From the IMG/VR virus record IMGVR_UViG_3300022902_000006: a DNA stretch of 64,000 nucleotides; one strand, given 5' to 3'. The position numbers and the translations under genes are program-made. Shown here in pieces: positions 38,811-47,414 of the stretch; position 1 is the stretch's first letter; every line of letters starts with the position of its first letter. Under the pieces are notes generated by a model. It was not told where the DNA came from. It saw nothing but the letters and a program-made list of their open reading frames with translations, and did no database searches. Origin of the DNA: a virus.

Positions 38811-39455
38811 GTGGCAACCACGGTTACCCTTCGACAAGAGAAGATCCTAATAGGTGCGGCAGGTGCAGAGAGCTACAACGTTGTTTCTGAGATCATTGCC
38901 GCAGCGCCCACGAGCATGTTCCCCTTGTTCGTTGTTTCCGAGGGGGTGGACGCGCAGGATGAGCAGTTCCAACGCGTGGCTAAGTTGGAAGATTTCGACA
39001 GCTACGTAGAGAACCCACTCACCAAACTCGTAGCACCCACGTCGGGTGGTTTCACGGGTGTGGTAGCGGGGGATACTCTCACAATTCCTTTCGCCGCGTC
39101 TTCAGTTCCAGAGTGGTTCACCACCAACTTCACCGCCGCGTCCTTTGCAATCGAGAGTGTAGATGCGAGCGGAGACTTCCTACTCATCGAACCCGTCACC
39201 CCCTTCCCTACCGCCGCCGCTGGTCTCCAGTGGAATATAACCGGAGCAGCGCCTGCGTCCGGGTCCAATGCCAAGACCGCACGCTCGCTCGCAGCGACCA
39301 CCTTCCTACGCCGCCACTGGACGTCAGAGCTGAATAACATCCAGAAGGCGGAGTCCCGGTTCGAAGCTATCCGCGCGCATGTGGAGGCGATCATCAAGGA
39401 CGCTAACACCTACGGCGTCACTTTCAAGGGCGTGTCCACGGAGATTTACGCATGA
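38811..39455 (+). CDS. hypothetical protein, paralogue 1 of tandem triplet (putative virion protein)
   Basis: GTG with GAGGAG RBS; shares N- and C-terminal pattern with the next two ORFs. Confidence 0.6.
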   Translation: MATTVTLRQEKILIGAAGAESYNVVSEIIAAAPTSMFPLFVVSEGVDAQDEQFQRVAKLEDFDSYVENPLTKLVAPTSGGFTGVVAGDTLTIPFAASSVPEWFTTNFTAASFAIESVDASGDFLLIEPVTPFPTAAAGLQWNITGAAPASGSNAKTARSLAATTFLRRHWTSELNNIQKAESRFEAIRAHVEAIIKDANTYGVTFKGVSTEIYA

Positions 39456-39856
39456 CCGTCACCATCAACCTGGACCTGGAACAATCGCTCGTAGCACCAA
39501 CAACCCCTTCAGGGGCACCCACGTACAAAGTCAAAGCGACCGTGGCATCCGCGAGTGGGGTGTCCTACAAATTGTTCGTCTACAAAACGGTTGACCAATC
39601 CTTCAGCCACCCAGCATCAGTGCTTGACGTCGAGACGTACCCAGATGAACTGACTACTGCACAAACTGGAAACGCCCTCTTCTACCGCACCAACACCATG
39701 GAGAAAACCTTCGCTACGCAGACGGAAGCTGTAGCTTTTCGCAACCTCATTCAGACGCGTTTGCTGTACCTGGCGCGTGACTACCCCGAGGCCCACAAGA
39801 CGTTCAGCGGGACCACCTCTTTCGTGATCACCGCAACAGCGGTGACGGAGCAATAA
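39452..39856 (+). CDS. hypothetical protein, paralogue 2 of tandem triplet
   Basis: ATGA overlap; YKV..LFV..D.SF..FYR..TFSG pattern. Confidence 0.6.
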   Translation: MTVTINLDLEQSLVAPTTPSGAPTYKVKATVASASGVSYKLFVYKTVDQSFSHPASVLDVETYPDELTTAQTGNALFYRTNTMEKTFATQTEAVAFRNLIQTRLLYLARDYPEAHKTFSGTTSFVITATAVTEQ

Positions 39857-39857
39857 C

Positions 39858-41036
39858 GTGGCGTACGTAAAGACAGTGATGGATTGTACGTCGGAGACCA
39901 TCATGGTTTCTGGCGCAGAGAAGGTGCGCTTCAAGGTCGTTGCGCTCGTAACGGACAAAGGGGACTTTCCTGACAAATATCTGTACGTCATCAAGATCGT
40001 AGACCCCACCGACGCCAAGGACGACACCTTCACACGCGTGGTAACTGTGCCCGATTTCAGTGAGATCGGGATAGACCGCACCACAGCGGTAGCCGCCAGC
40101 GCGTCTTACTACCGTGTGCTCACCCACACTTTCTACTACGACAACGTTCACACTGCAGCCGCTGCGAAGGATGTCCTCAAGGCGCGCATCGACGAGCTGG
40201 CCGAGAACTGGGTGGTGTACGACACTGCGTTTTCCGCATCATCAGAGGTCACAGACCACCCACGCCCCCAGCCCAGCGCATTCACGGCAGCAGTCAAGGA
40301 CCACACCACACAAACAACTGCCACCGCCGCCGTGCTGAAGCTACAAACAGCAGCCAAGACAACGTACGAAGCTGCCAAGACCGCAGCTACGGCTGCTACC
40401 ACTGCAGCCACAAATGCTAAAAAAGCGCTTGACGATGCTGAGGACTCCAAGGAGTGGTTCGACGACCTCCTCTCTGCGTTGTCGAACATACGCACCACAG
40501 CAACCCTGTACAGCGCCACAGGATCCGGGGGTGGGCTGTTCTCCACAAAGTCCAAAACCTTCAAGGCCGCAGCCGGGTCTTTCTACACCCAGGGAGGCAC
40601 CTTCCAGTCTGCTGCACAAGTCCTCCTCGGACAATGTGCCAGCGCCACCCCTACCACTGCGCAGAAGAGTGTCTACAGTGCGGCCAGTAGCCAGTTCGAC
40701 AACGACGAGTCTGCCTTCAGCAGTGCGAAAGCGATCTGGGACAGCGCCTTAACGCAGTTCGACGGTGACCTCACCACGTTCCGCCAGGATGTAGCAGCAG
40801 CAACCCTCGCGGAAAGCACTGGGCAGTCCAACCAGGTGCTGTTCGCCGCGATCGTCACCACATTGGGTGGTGCGTACACCACCGCCCAGGCAGCACAAGT
40901 AACGGCTGACCAAGCGGTGGCAACGACACGCACAGCGTACGAAGATGCGAAAGCAGCGTACACAGCATCACAATCCCTGCTCGACGAAAAGCTCACGGCG
41001 GTTCGTGCCCTCAAACCAACGTGGACACCTACTTGA
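39858..41036 (+). CDS. hypothetical protein, paralogue 3 with long Ala/Thr-rich coiled-coil tail
   Basis: Same N-terminal pattern followed by about 260 aa Ala/Thr/Ser-rich helical region. Confidence 0.6.
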   Translation: MAYVKTVMDCTSETIMVSGAEKVRFKVVALVTDKGDFPDKYLYVIKIVDPTDAKDDTFTRVVTVPDFSEIGIDRTTAVAASASYYRVLTHTFYYDNVHTAAAAKDVLKARIDELAENWVVYDTAFSASSEVTDHPRPQPSAFTAAVKDHTTQTTATAAVLKLQTAAKTTYEAAKTAATAATTAATNAKKALDDAEDSKEWFDDLLSALSNIRTTATLYSATGSGGGLFSTKSKTFKAAAGSFYTQGGTFQSAAQVLLGQCASATPTTAQKSVYSAASSQFDNDESAFSSAKAIWDSALTQFDGDLTTFRQDVAAATLAESTGQSNQVLFAAIVTTLGGAYTTAQAAQVTADQAVATTRTAYEDAKAAYTASQSLLDEKLTAVRALKPTWTPT

Positions 41037-42617
41037 TCAAGGGCTGAAGTACATCCCTCGTGTCACCATCAGTGCACTGTCCTCTTCGTCCGTTATGTTC
41101 ATGAAGGGAAAACCCCTCCAATCCTTCAGGTAGCGAAAGAGATCGTCGAAGTCATAGATCCGGTGCTCGTCAGTCTCTTTCGTGGTCATCACAACAATTT
41201 CCACCGGCCCCGTATCGTGCCTCGACATCTCAACATGGTGCATTTCAGGTTGGCACACAGCGAAGCCACTCTTGTAGCTACACGTGTATGGCCTTCCGTG
41301 TATTAACGACGAGACGCACAACCACAGCGCGAACTTCGAGTGCACCAACAGATCTTTGGTTGCCGGTGCTTGTGCCCACTCTGCATCCAACCTCCGCTGC
41401 ATGTCAGCGGGGAGCCACGCATACAGTCGCCGGTAGCTGGAAAACTTCAGTGCGTCCTCGTGGTACGCAGACACGCTGTCGCGGCGCACGTAGGCATTCA
41501 GAGGGAGTATCCCATCACCGTACAGCGACGCGGGGTTGCGCACTTGACTCAGCGTCCACCAGCACTGCCTGTTCGTCTCGGGATTTTGCTTTTTGAAAGA
41601 CACCCCAGCGACCTGTGCAAAGCACCATATCTGGCGCAGCGTCCATGAGGTGTGACACCTCTTCAAGATACCTTGCACGGTGCTCATTATGTAACGGGTA
41701 GCGTGTTCATCAGTCCAACGCTTATGCTTACATCCGCGCGACGCCCAGGGGGTACAGGGGGACCCAAATACGCCAGGTTTAACGACATACGCACTAAAGA
41801 TGCAGTTACTGCATTCCTCCCGATGCATCTTTCGGGTTTCTGCCGCGCTGACCGCATTGGCACTGCGCGCTGCCCACGCTTCGTCAACACCAGTAAAGTC
41901 CGCGTGTACAGGCGTGATGAGACCCTTACCCGGCATATCGTGGTCCGGGGTAATGTACTTGGGAGGGATTGCAGTGTACCCAGCGATCTTTGTCTTCCAG
42001 TACCGAACGTCTTCACGCCATTCATCCGCGTCCAGTTCGGAATCGGTGTCTGAGAAATCAGTGCTGATGGGGACTGTAAACAACTCACGCTGAGCCGGAA
42101 CTGCGATGGTGCGGATGTATTTACGCTGTAAATTGTTGTTGAAGCACTCTGACGTTGACCGGATGGGGCACCCTTCACAGGCAGCAACAGCGTACAACTG
42201 CCTACAGTATTGCCGTATGTCGTCCCCTGCGGGGACACACCACACAAAGTCTTTGCGAGCAAAATACATCGCAGCAATACGTAACTGGAGTACGTACGCC
42301 ATGCTCGACCCAACAAACAGCTTGGTCACTTCAAGAGAGTCTTCGGATTCGGCGTTACCGTATCCGGCGCGACGTGCTCCGAATGTCGCACACGTGTACG
42401 CGAAGACCCCATCGGGAAAGTACTTGGTGATGTCTGGATGACGCATCACTCGCGTTATCTCCGTTTCAGACCAGACTGCGTCTTCTCGGTGAAACACGAG
42501 ACCGACCCCTATCCCTTCATGGGGGCGATGGTGTCTTGCGTATCGGGGTGGTCTATCGGTGCACAGCGTAACCATGAGAGGGGGTATGGGCCTCGACTTC
42601 AGGATGCTATCAGGCAT
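41037..42617 (-). CDS. Cys-cluster hypothetical protein coupled to RT (about 526 aa; candidate retron partner)
   Basis: ATG 42617 overlaps RT stop (ATGCCTGA); Cys clusters C-x8-CxxC-x7-C and CxxC..C..C; the track's longer start lies inside the RT gene. Confidence 0.7.
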   Translation of the reverse strand: MPDSILKSRPIPPLMVTLCTDRPPRYARHHRPHEGIGVGLVFHREDAVWSETEITRVMRHPDITKYFPDGVFAYTCATFGARRAGYGNAESEDSLEVTKLFVGSSMAYVLQLRIAAMYFARKDFVWCVPAGDDIRQYCRQLYAVAACEGCPIRSTSECFNNNLQRKYIRTIAVPAQRELFTVPISTDFSDTDSELDADEWREDVRYWKTKIAGYTAIPPKYITPDHDMPGKGLITPVHADFTGVDEAWAARSANAVSAAETRKMHREECSNCIFSAYVVKPGVFGSPCTPWASRGCKHKRWTDEHATRYIMSTVQGILKRCHTSWTLRQIWCFAQVAGVSFKKQNPETNRQCWWTLSQVRNPASLYGDGILPLNAYVRRDSVSAYHEDALKFSSYRRLYAWLPADMQRRLDAEWAQAPATKDLLVHSKFALWLCVSSLIHGRPYTCSYKSGFAVCQPEMHHVEMSRHDTGPVEIVVMTTKETDEHRIYDFDDLFRYLKDWRGFPFMNITDEEDSALMVTRGMYFSP

Positions 42618-43698
42618 CCGGAGGACACTGTACTTGTATTGCACGATCCAGTTGTCTGCGCAGGTTCGAAGCGCGCTTCGGGTTGATACCGTGGAAGTAG
42701 TTAATCTTCCCATCCAGGTGCGCGATGAACGACCCCACCAATGCGTCTTCCGCCTCCAACGCCATGTTGTCAGGGTCAAACCCGTAACGCACAGCGTTGA
42801 CCGCGAAGCCGTGGTGGAGACAGTTGTGCAGGAGCGCACGGTAGCGCCTGTACTCATACTTCGGAATGTTGGGATGCACGTTGCAGACCATGCCCAACAT
42901 ACGCTGCTGCGCGGGCTGACGCTGCACTCTACGCTTCTTGCGGTGCTCTCGGTACTCACCACCCTGGACGAGCTTGACCACGGCGTCGATGATGTGCTGA
43001 ATCTCATCCCGTGTTTTCTTGTCAGGGTGAGAGATGGTCAGGTCATCAGCGTAACGTGTGTACACCCACCCAGACCCCTTCAAGAAATTCAGGACGGGAA
43101 CGTCGATGGCCTCCTGCGCCATGAGGTTGCACAACGTAGGTGACGCAGGTGACCCCTGGGGGGTGTAGTGCCTCAAGCGGAGTTCCCCTTTCATCTTCGG
43201 AGAGGCGATGCGCTCCCCGACGGTACAGAGGTCCGCAATCATGCTGCACACGCGGTGGTCGTAGCCAAACGTACGCTTCAGGAAATTACGCACTCGTGCC
43301 CGGGAGTGCGAAGGGAAGAAGTCCTGAATGTCCAGCGCGATACGGACGTAGTGCCCTGCATGGCGCTCAACGCTGTAACGACACCCGATACCGGGGCGGT
43401 ACGCGCCAACGCTGTCACCCATGTGCTGGGTGCGTAGTAGAACGAAATCAATCTGCTTCTGTACGTACTTCAACCGCGCTTCGGGAGCGTGGATGATCCG
43501 CTTACCCCCAGACTTCTTGGGAATGCTAAACCGCTTATAGAGGTCTTGCTTCGTCGTAATGAGGTACCACAGTGTACGACATCGCACACCGAGGTGCATG
43601 GCCAGGGAGAAGTCATCAAGGACGTACGGCACGTTCTCCGGGGGTAGTGCCCCAGGGATCGGGATGATGTCGGCTGTTGTATCTTTGTAACTACTCAC
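42610..43698 (-). CDS. retron-type reverse transcriptase (362 aa)
   Basis: YKRFSIPKKSGGKRIIHAP..LKYVQ, LDIQDFFPS, TPQGSPASP, YTRYADDLTIS; region X equivalent SVERH, region Y equivalent MLGMVCN; C-terminal RRYRALLHN; GAGGAGG RBS. Confidence 0.92.
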   Translation of the reverse strand: MSSYKDTTADIIPIPGALPPENVPYVLDDFSLAMHLGVRCRTLWYLITTKQDLYKRFSIPKKSGGKRIIHAPEARLKYVQKQIDFVLLRTQHMGDSVGAYRPGIGCRYSVERHAGHYVRIALDIQDFFPSHSRARVRNFLKRTFGYDHRVCSMIADLCTVGERIASPKMKGELRLRHYTPQGSPASPTLCNLMAQEAIDVPVLNFLKGSGWVYTRYADDLTISHPDKKTRDEIQHIIDAVVKLVQGGEYREHRKKRRVQRQPAQQRMLGMVCNVHPNIPKYEYRRYRALLHNCLHHGFAVNAVRYGFDPDNMALEAEDALVGSFIAHLDGKINYFHGINPKRASNLRRQLDRAIQVQCPPDA

Positions 43699-44317
43699 TG
43701 GGCACCTCCTCCTCAGCAGGAGTGGTGATGTTCCCTGGCCGGATCACCAGGTTGGTGTAGCACGCTGCGCTTCCGAGTTGACATTTACCCTGGAGGCGTA
43801 GCATGCCGCGAGGGCACGCACGGCAGATGGGGCGCACTGGACCTTTCGGAGAGAACAGAATGGTGTCAGGAGTGAACAGGTGTTCGAATGTGTTGGTATT
43901 CTCTTTGCCCTGGTGGCGCGTCGCGGTGATGTAAGCCGGAATCTTGTTTCCACGGGGCGCGTTATGTTTCTTACGCCGTTGCTCTAACCCCATTACTGGA
44001 ATCACCAAGAAGTGATCCTGCGCATTCTGCAACACGCGATTTACGTTCGTTGACACTACGCGGTGTGGGCGCCCTGGATTAGGAAACCGTTCTGCGTATT
44101 GCACGGTGTCAATCAATTTCAGCAGAGTCTGGATCAGAGGTGTAATGGTGAAGCAGAGTGACCAGGGAAACAACCGGGGTATCACACCCCCGTGTCCCAC
44201 AGGGACTAAGTAGATGAGGTCGAAGGGGAACTTCTTCACAATCTTTTGGTCTACACGTACTTTGAGAATCTCGTCGGGAGTTATACGCGTCGGAGACGCA
44301 TTACTGCGCGGGCACAT
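43691..44317 (-). CDS. hypothetical protein upstream of RT with C-terminal Cys cluster (208 aa)
   Basis: Overlaps vWA stop and RT start; CRACP..KC..AAC. Confidence 0.65.
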   Translation of the reverse strand: MCPRSNASPTRITPDEILKVRVDQKIVKKFPFDLIYLVPVGHGGVIPRLFPWSLCFTITPLIQTLLKLIDTVQYAERFPNPGRPHRVVSTNVNRVLQNAQDHFLVIPVMGLEQRRKKHNAPRGNKIPAYITATRHQGKENTNTFEHLFTPDTILFSPKGPVRPICRACPRGMLRLQGKCQLGSAACYTNLVIRPGNITTPAEEEVPSE

Positions 44318-45668
44318 TTTCCATCGGGAGGTGAAGGCCGTATCCCGGGGATGGCATCTTGCCCCCCGGAGTTATGAGCCACACCACAGGAATCGGGACA
44401 CGCACCTCGGGCTTCGGCTCGGGTGCGTACCCGTCCGTGGCGTACACCAGGACATCAGGTTTTTGCATACTGGTTTTCAACAGCTCCTTGGTCTTGACGA
44501 ACACGGGGTCAAAATCAGTACCACCCCGTCCCACCATATCGAAGTCGATATCACTCACCGACTCCGCCGGTTTTACATACGCTACCTTTGAATCGCACTG
44601 CATGACCCAGATGTACACATCGCTCTCGCTGGTAGCCAGGGACAGCAGCTCTTCCATGGCCAACTTCAGGTCGTCGTGGGACATGGACCCACTGGTATCG
44701 ATGGCGAAGACGATGGTGAACTTGTTGTCGTACTTCTTCCCAGGGTAGGGCAGGATATCGTCTATCTCGTGCAGCCTCCGATTAGGGCGCTGCATCCCGC
44801 GTGCGGACTTACGCTGTTTGGTACGGATGCACATCCTGCGCAGTAGCACAGGCCAGGGGATCACTGGCGGCTTCAGGAATGCCTCGATGCGCTCCTTCAG
44901 ATAAGCAGGTGTGACACCACGCGCCTTCTCGTGCTGCGCCAGCGCCTTCTCCACGGTATCGCGTGCTTGGTGTCGCAGCTCTTCTGCCATGGACACCAGC
45001 TCTTCGGACGTTCTGCCCTTGATGAATTTGCGCCAGTGCGCGTGGGGGTCCCCACCTCGGCTATCCGTGAACTGGTCACGGAGTTCTTGCTCCGATCCAC
45101 ACCCACCACCTTCACTTCCACCTCCGCCTCCGCTCCGCTGGTCCAACTGCTGCAGCAGACCAAACTGATACACCTCGTAGGGTTGAGCGCGTGGCATCTT
45201 GTACGTCTCAGGAGTCAGGAACAGGCGCCCGTCTGTCTTATCGGACCCAAAGAACCAGTCCTTGTACTTGTCATCGAAGCCTGGCTCCAGGCGCATGACT
45301 TCATTGGTGGCGAGATCCGCAGCGATGTTCTGCACCGCCTTGAACCGCGCTTTCTCTTTCTTCGTGCGCAGCGTACTCATCAACTCCACGCACCGGGGAA
45401 TGTGGTCGTTCAGGATGTGAATCAGTTCATGTGTGAAAGTGAGCAGCAACTCCTGCAGAGGCATCTTCGAGACCATATCTTCGTCGTAGAAGAGGCACAT
45501 ACGCCCCTCTTTGCTGACACCCACACCCATGGTACCGAAACCAGGGACGTTGACACGGTGCAGCGCTTCAATGACGCTCGCGGCCAAACTGCGGAACTGC
45601 GGCTGTAGCCAGTACATAATAACATCACCCAGACGTTGTCCATCTGCGTCCGGGAGTGGCATACTCAA
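44301..45668 (-). CDS. vWA domain protein with N-terminal HExxH domain (DUF2201-like)
   Basis: THELIH, MIDAS DTSGSM, GGTDF, YATDG; Gly-rich linker. Confidence 0.85.
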   Translation of the reverse strand: MSMPLPDADGQRLGDVIMYWLQPQFRSLAASVIEALHRVNVPGFGTMGVGVSKEGRMCLFYDEDMVSKMPLQELLLTFTHELIHILNDHIPRCVELMSTLRTKKEKARFKAVQNIAADLATNEVMRLEPGFDDKYKDWFFGSDKTDGRLFLTPETYKMPRAQPYEVYQFGLLQQLDQRSGGGGGSEGGGCGSEQELRDQFTDSRGGDPHAHWRKFIKGRTSEELVSMAEELRHQARDTVEKALAQHEKARGVTPAYLKERIEAFLKPPVIPWPVLLRRMCIRTKQRKSARGMQRPNRRLHEIDDILPYPGKKYDNKFTIVFAIDTSGSMSHDDLKLAMEELLSLATSESDVYIWVMQCDSKVAYVKPAESVSDIDFDMVGRGGTDFDPVFVKTKELLKTSMQKPDVLVYATDGYAPEPKPEVRVPIPVVWLITPGGKMPSPGYGLHLPMENVPAQ

Positions 45669-45733
45669 GGTTCACCTCTTGTGGTTTGAGGGTTGTTTGC
45701 TTACAATATAGTAACTTTTCCGGGAGAGTAGCA

Positions 45734-46744
45734 GTGAGAGACCAATTCCACGACCCAGCACACGCACACCTCTACGCCCTCCTCGAAGGGCAAGAAGAAG
45801 TAAAGACATTTGCAAAGCACGCCGAGCTGGATGTCGCAAAGGCTGAAACGCTGCCCGCCGGTGCCTTCGCGTGGCCGTCCAAACGCATGTATCCGGTGAA
45901 CACCCCGGAGAACACGGTGCTTTCTGTGATGTACCGTGACAAGTCCGCGTCTGCGGTCCCCCCGGAAGTCGACGCAGCGCTGAGCACCGCCTGCGAGATT
46001 TACGGCGTAAATGACCTACTCAGTCGTGCCCGTGTCGTGGGTGCTGCTCGCCACCAGGAGAAGATCGCCTCAGTGCAAGACGACGCGGTGTGGATCCTCC
46101 CGGGCCTAAAACGCCTCCGGGTCAAGACCGCCTCCGACCTTCAGCAGGCCGAGACACTCCTGCTCAAGCAGTACAACAAGCTGGCCCTGAATGACCGCGT
46201 GGAAGGTTTTGTCAATCTCGTGAAGACTGCACGGGACTTGGGCGTGACCCTGCACCCCCTGACCCACCGCATGGCGGGCATGACAGTGTGCACCGCAGAG
46301 AAGACCGCTGAACTCATCGAGGGACGGCGCTGCGCCGTGAAGGACCCCCTATTCAAGCAGGCGTACTCCCGGCTGGGTGGTGCGTTCCGTGAGAGGGGCG
46401 GCATCATCAGGGACCGTGAGGAACTCGTCAAGGCCGCATCTGCGCTGGCGACCATCGACAGCAACGCAGGCATCGCCCACCAGTATGGCACCACCATTCC
46501 CGACCCCATGCTCACTGTCTTCAGCGAGAAGCAGGCCGAGGACGTGGTGAACCTGGATGGTTCCGAAATCCCACTGACCACACTGCTCGGCCTCCCCGTG
46601 ACATTCTGGGAAGACCTCCTGGGGCCTGAGATCAGTGCAGAGATTGCACCTGATGGCGCCGTGGACCCACAAAAGCTGCAAGAGGTGCTCCCCACGCTGC
46701 CCCTGGACCTCCGCATCGCCTTGAAAGCCCAGCTCCCCTCGTAA
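45734..46744 (+). CDS. hypothetical protein (about 336 aa), possibly head-assembly related
   Basis: GTG at 45734 after GGGAGAG; recurring K-x-A motifs; function not established. Confidence 0.6.
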   Translation: MRDQFHDPAHAHLYALLEGQEEVKTFAKHAELDVAKAETLPAGAFAWPSKRMYPVNTPENTVLSVMYRDKSASAVPPEVDAALSTACEIYGVNDLLSRARVVGAARHQEKIASVQDDAVWILPGLKRLRVKTASDLQQAETLLLKQYNKLALNDRVEGFVNLVKTARDLGVTLHPLTHRMAGMTVCTAEKTAELIEGRRCAVKDPLFKQAYSRLGGAFRERGGIIRDREELVKAASALATIDSNAGIAHQYGTTIPDPMLTVFSEKQAEDVVNLDGSEIPLTTLLGLPVTFWEDLLGPEISAEIAPDGAVDPQKLQEVLPTLPLDLRIALKAQLPS

Positions 46745-46748
46745 CCCT

Positions 46749-47414
46749 ATGACCTTTGCACAGGCACTGCAGAGCGCAGCCCGGCGACGACGTACTGTTG
46801 CCCCGGGGACCGAAGCAGCCACACTCCAAGACCCCGAAGCACCAGCCACCGCCTGCTTTGAGGCTGTACAAGCCCTGCTCGGGAAGGCGAGCCTCAACTG
46901 GGAGCCAGAATCCCTGTGGCTGACGCTGGAGAGGGAGCACAGCGTTGACGTGCCTCTACCCAACCGGGCGAAGATCCTCGCAGCCAATACCCTGGTACTT
47001 GTGCCTGCCTTCTGGTGGGAGGTACACGCCTTCATGCACACCATCTCAGCGTTCAGCGGACACGTCACAGATAGTCGCGAAATCTTCGAAGCAACACCCG
47101 GAGAGCTGGCCTGGGGCGTCTTTGAGGCAGAGCTGCTGTTTCAACAGTCCTCCGACATCCAAGCACAGCCAGAGTTCGACCGCGAACCCACGCTGTACGT
47201 CGCACAGCTACTCCACGACCAGGGATTCAGTGAAACACCCGTGCTTCTCGACTTCGCACAACCAGCATTGAACGCCCTCGTCCGAAGCAACAAACCCAAC
47301 GAGGGCGTCCAAAAGGCCAAGCGCCAAGGGGTACAGGAGTACGTCCTAGAACAGCTACGTGTGTACCAGCTCTTTACGTCGCCAGCGCATCCGGGCTTCC
47401 CGCCGACTGCTTGA
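46749..47414 (+). CDS. hypothetical protein (221 aa)
   Basis: Follows previous gene by 4 nt; convergent 41-nt overlap with AAA gene. Confidence 0.6.
   Translation: MTFAQALQSAARRRRTVAPGTEAATLQDPEAPATACFEAVQALLGKASLNWEPESLWLTLEREHSVDVPLPNRAKILAANTLVLVPAFWWEVHAFMHTISAFSGHVTDSREIFEATPGELAWGVFEAELLFQQSSDIQAQPEFDREPTLYVAQLLHDQGFSETPVLLDFAQPALNALVRSNKPNEGVQKAKRQGVQEYVLEQLRVYQLFTSPAHPGFPPTA

Noticed and set aside
42618-43007. N-terminal extension of the 656-aa track ORF 41037..43007
   Set aside because: Lies wholly inside the RT gene on the same strand; the ATG at 42617 overlapping the RT stop is a better start
42610-43698. RT as part of a diversity-generating retroelement or group II intron
   Set aside because: N-terminal and C-terminal motifs are retron-like; no maturase or endonuclease domain; I found no TR/VR pair differing at adenines in the fibre or elsewhere (by eye only)
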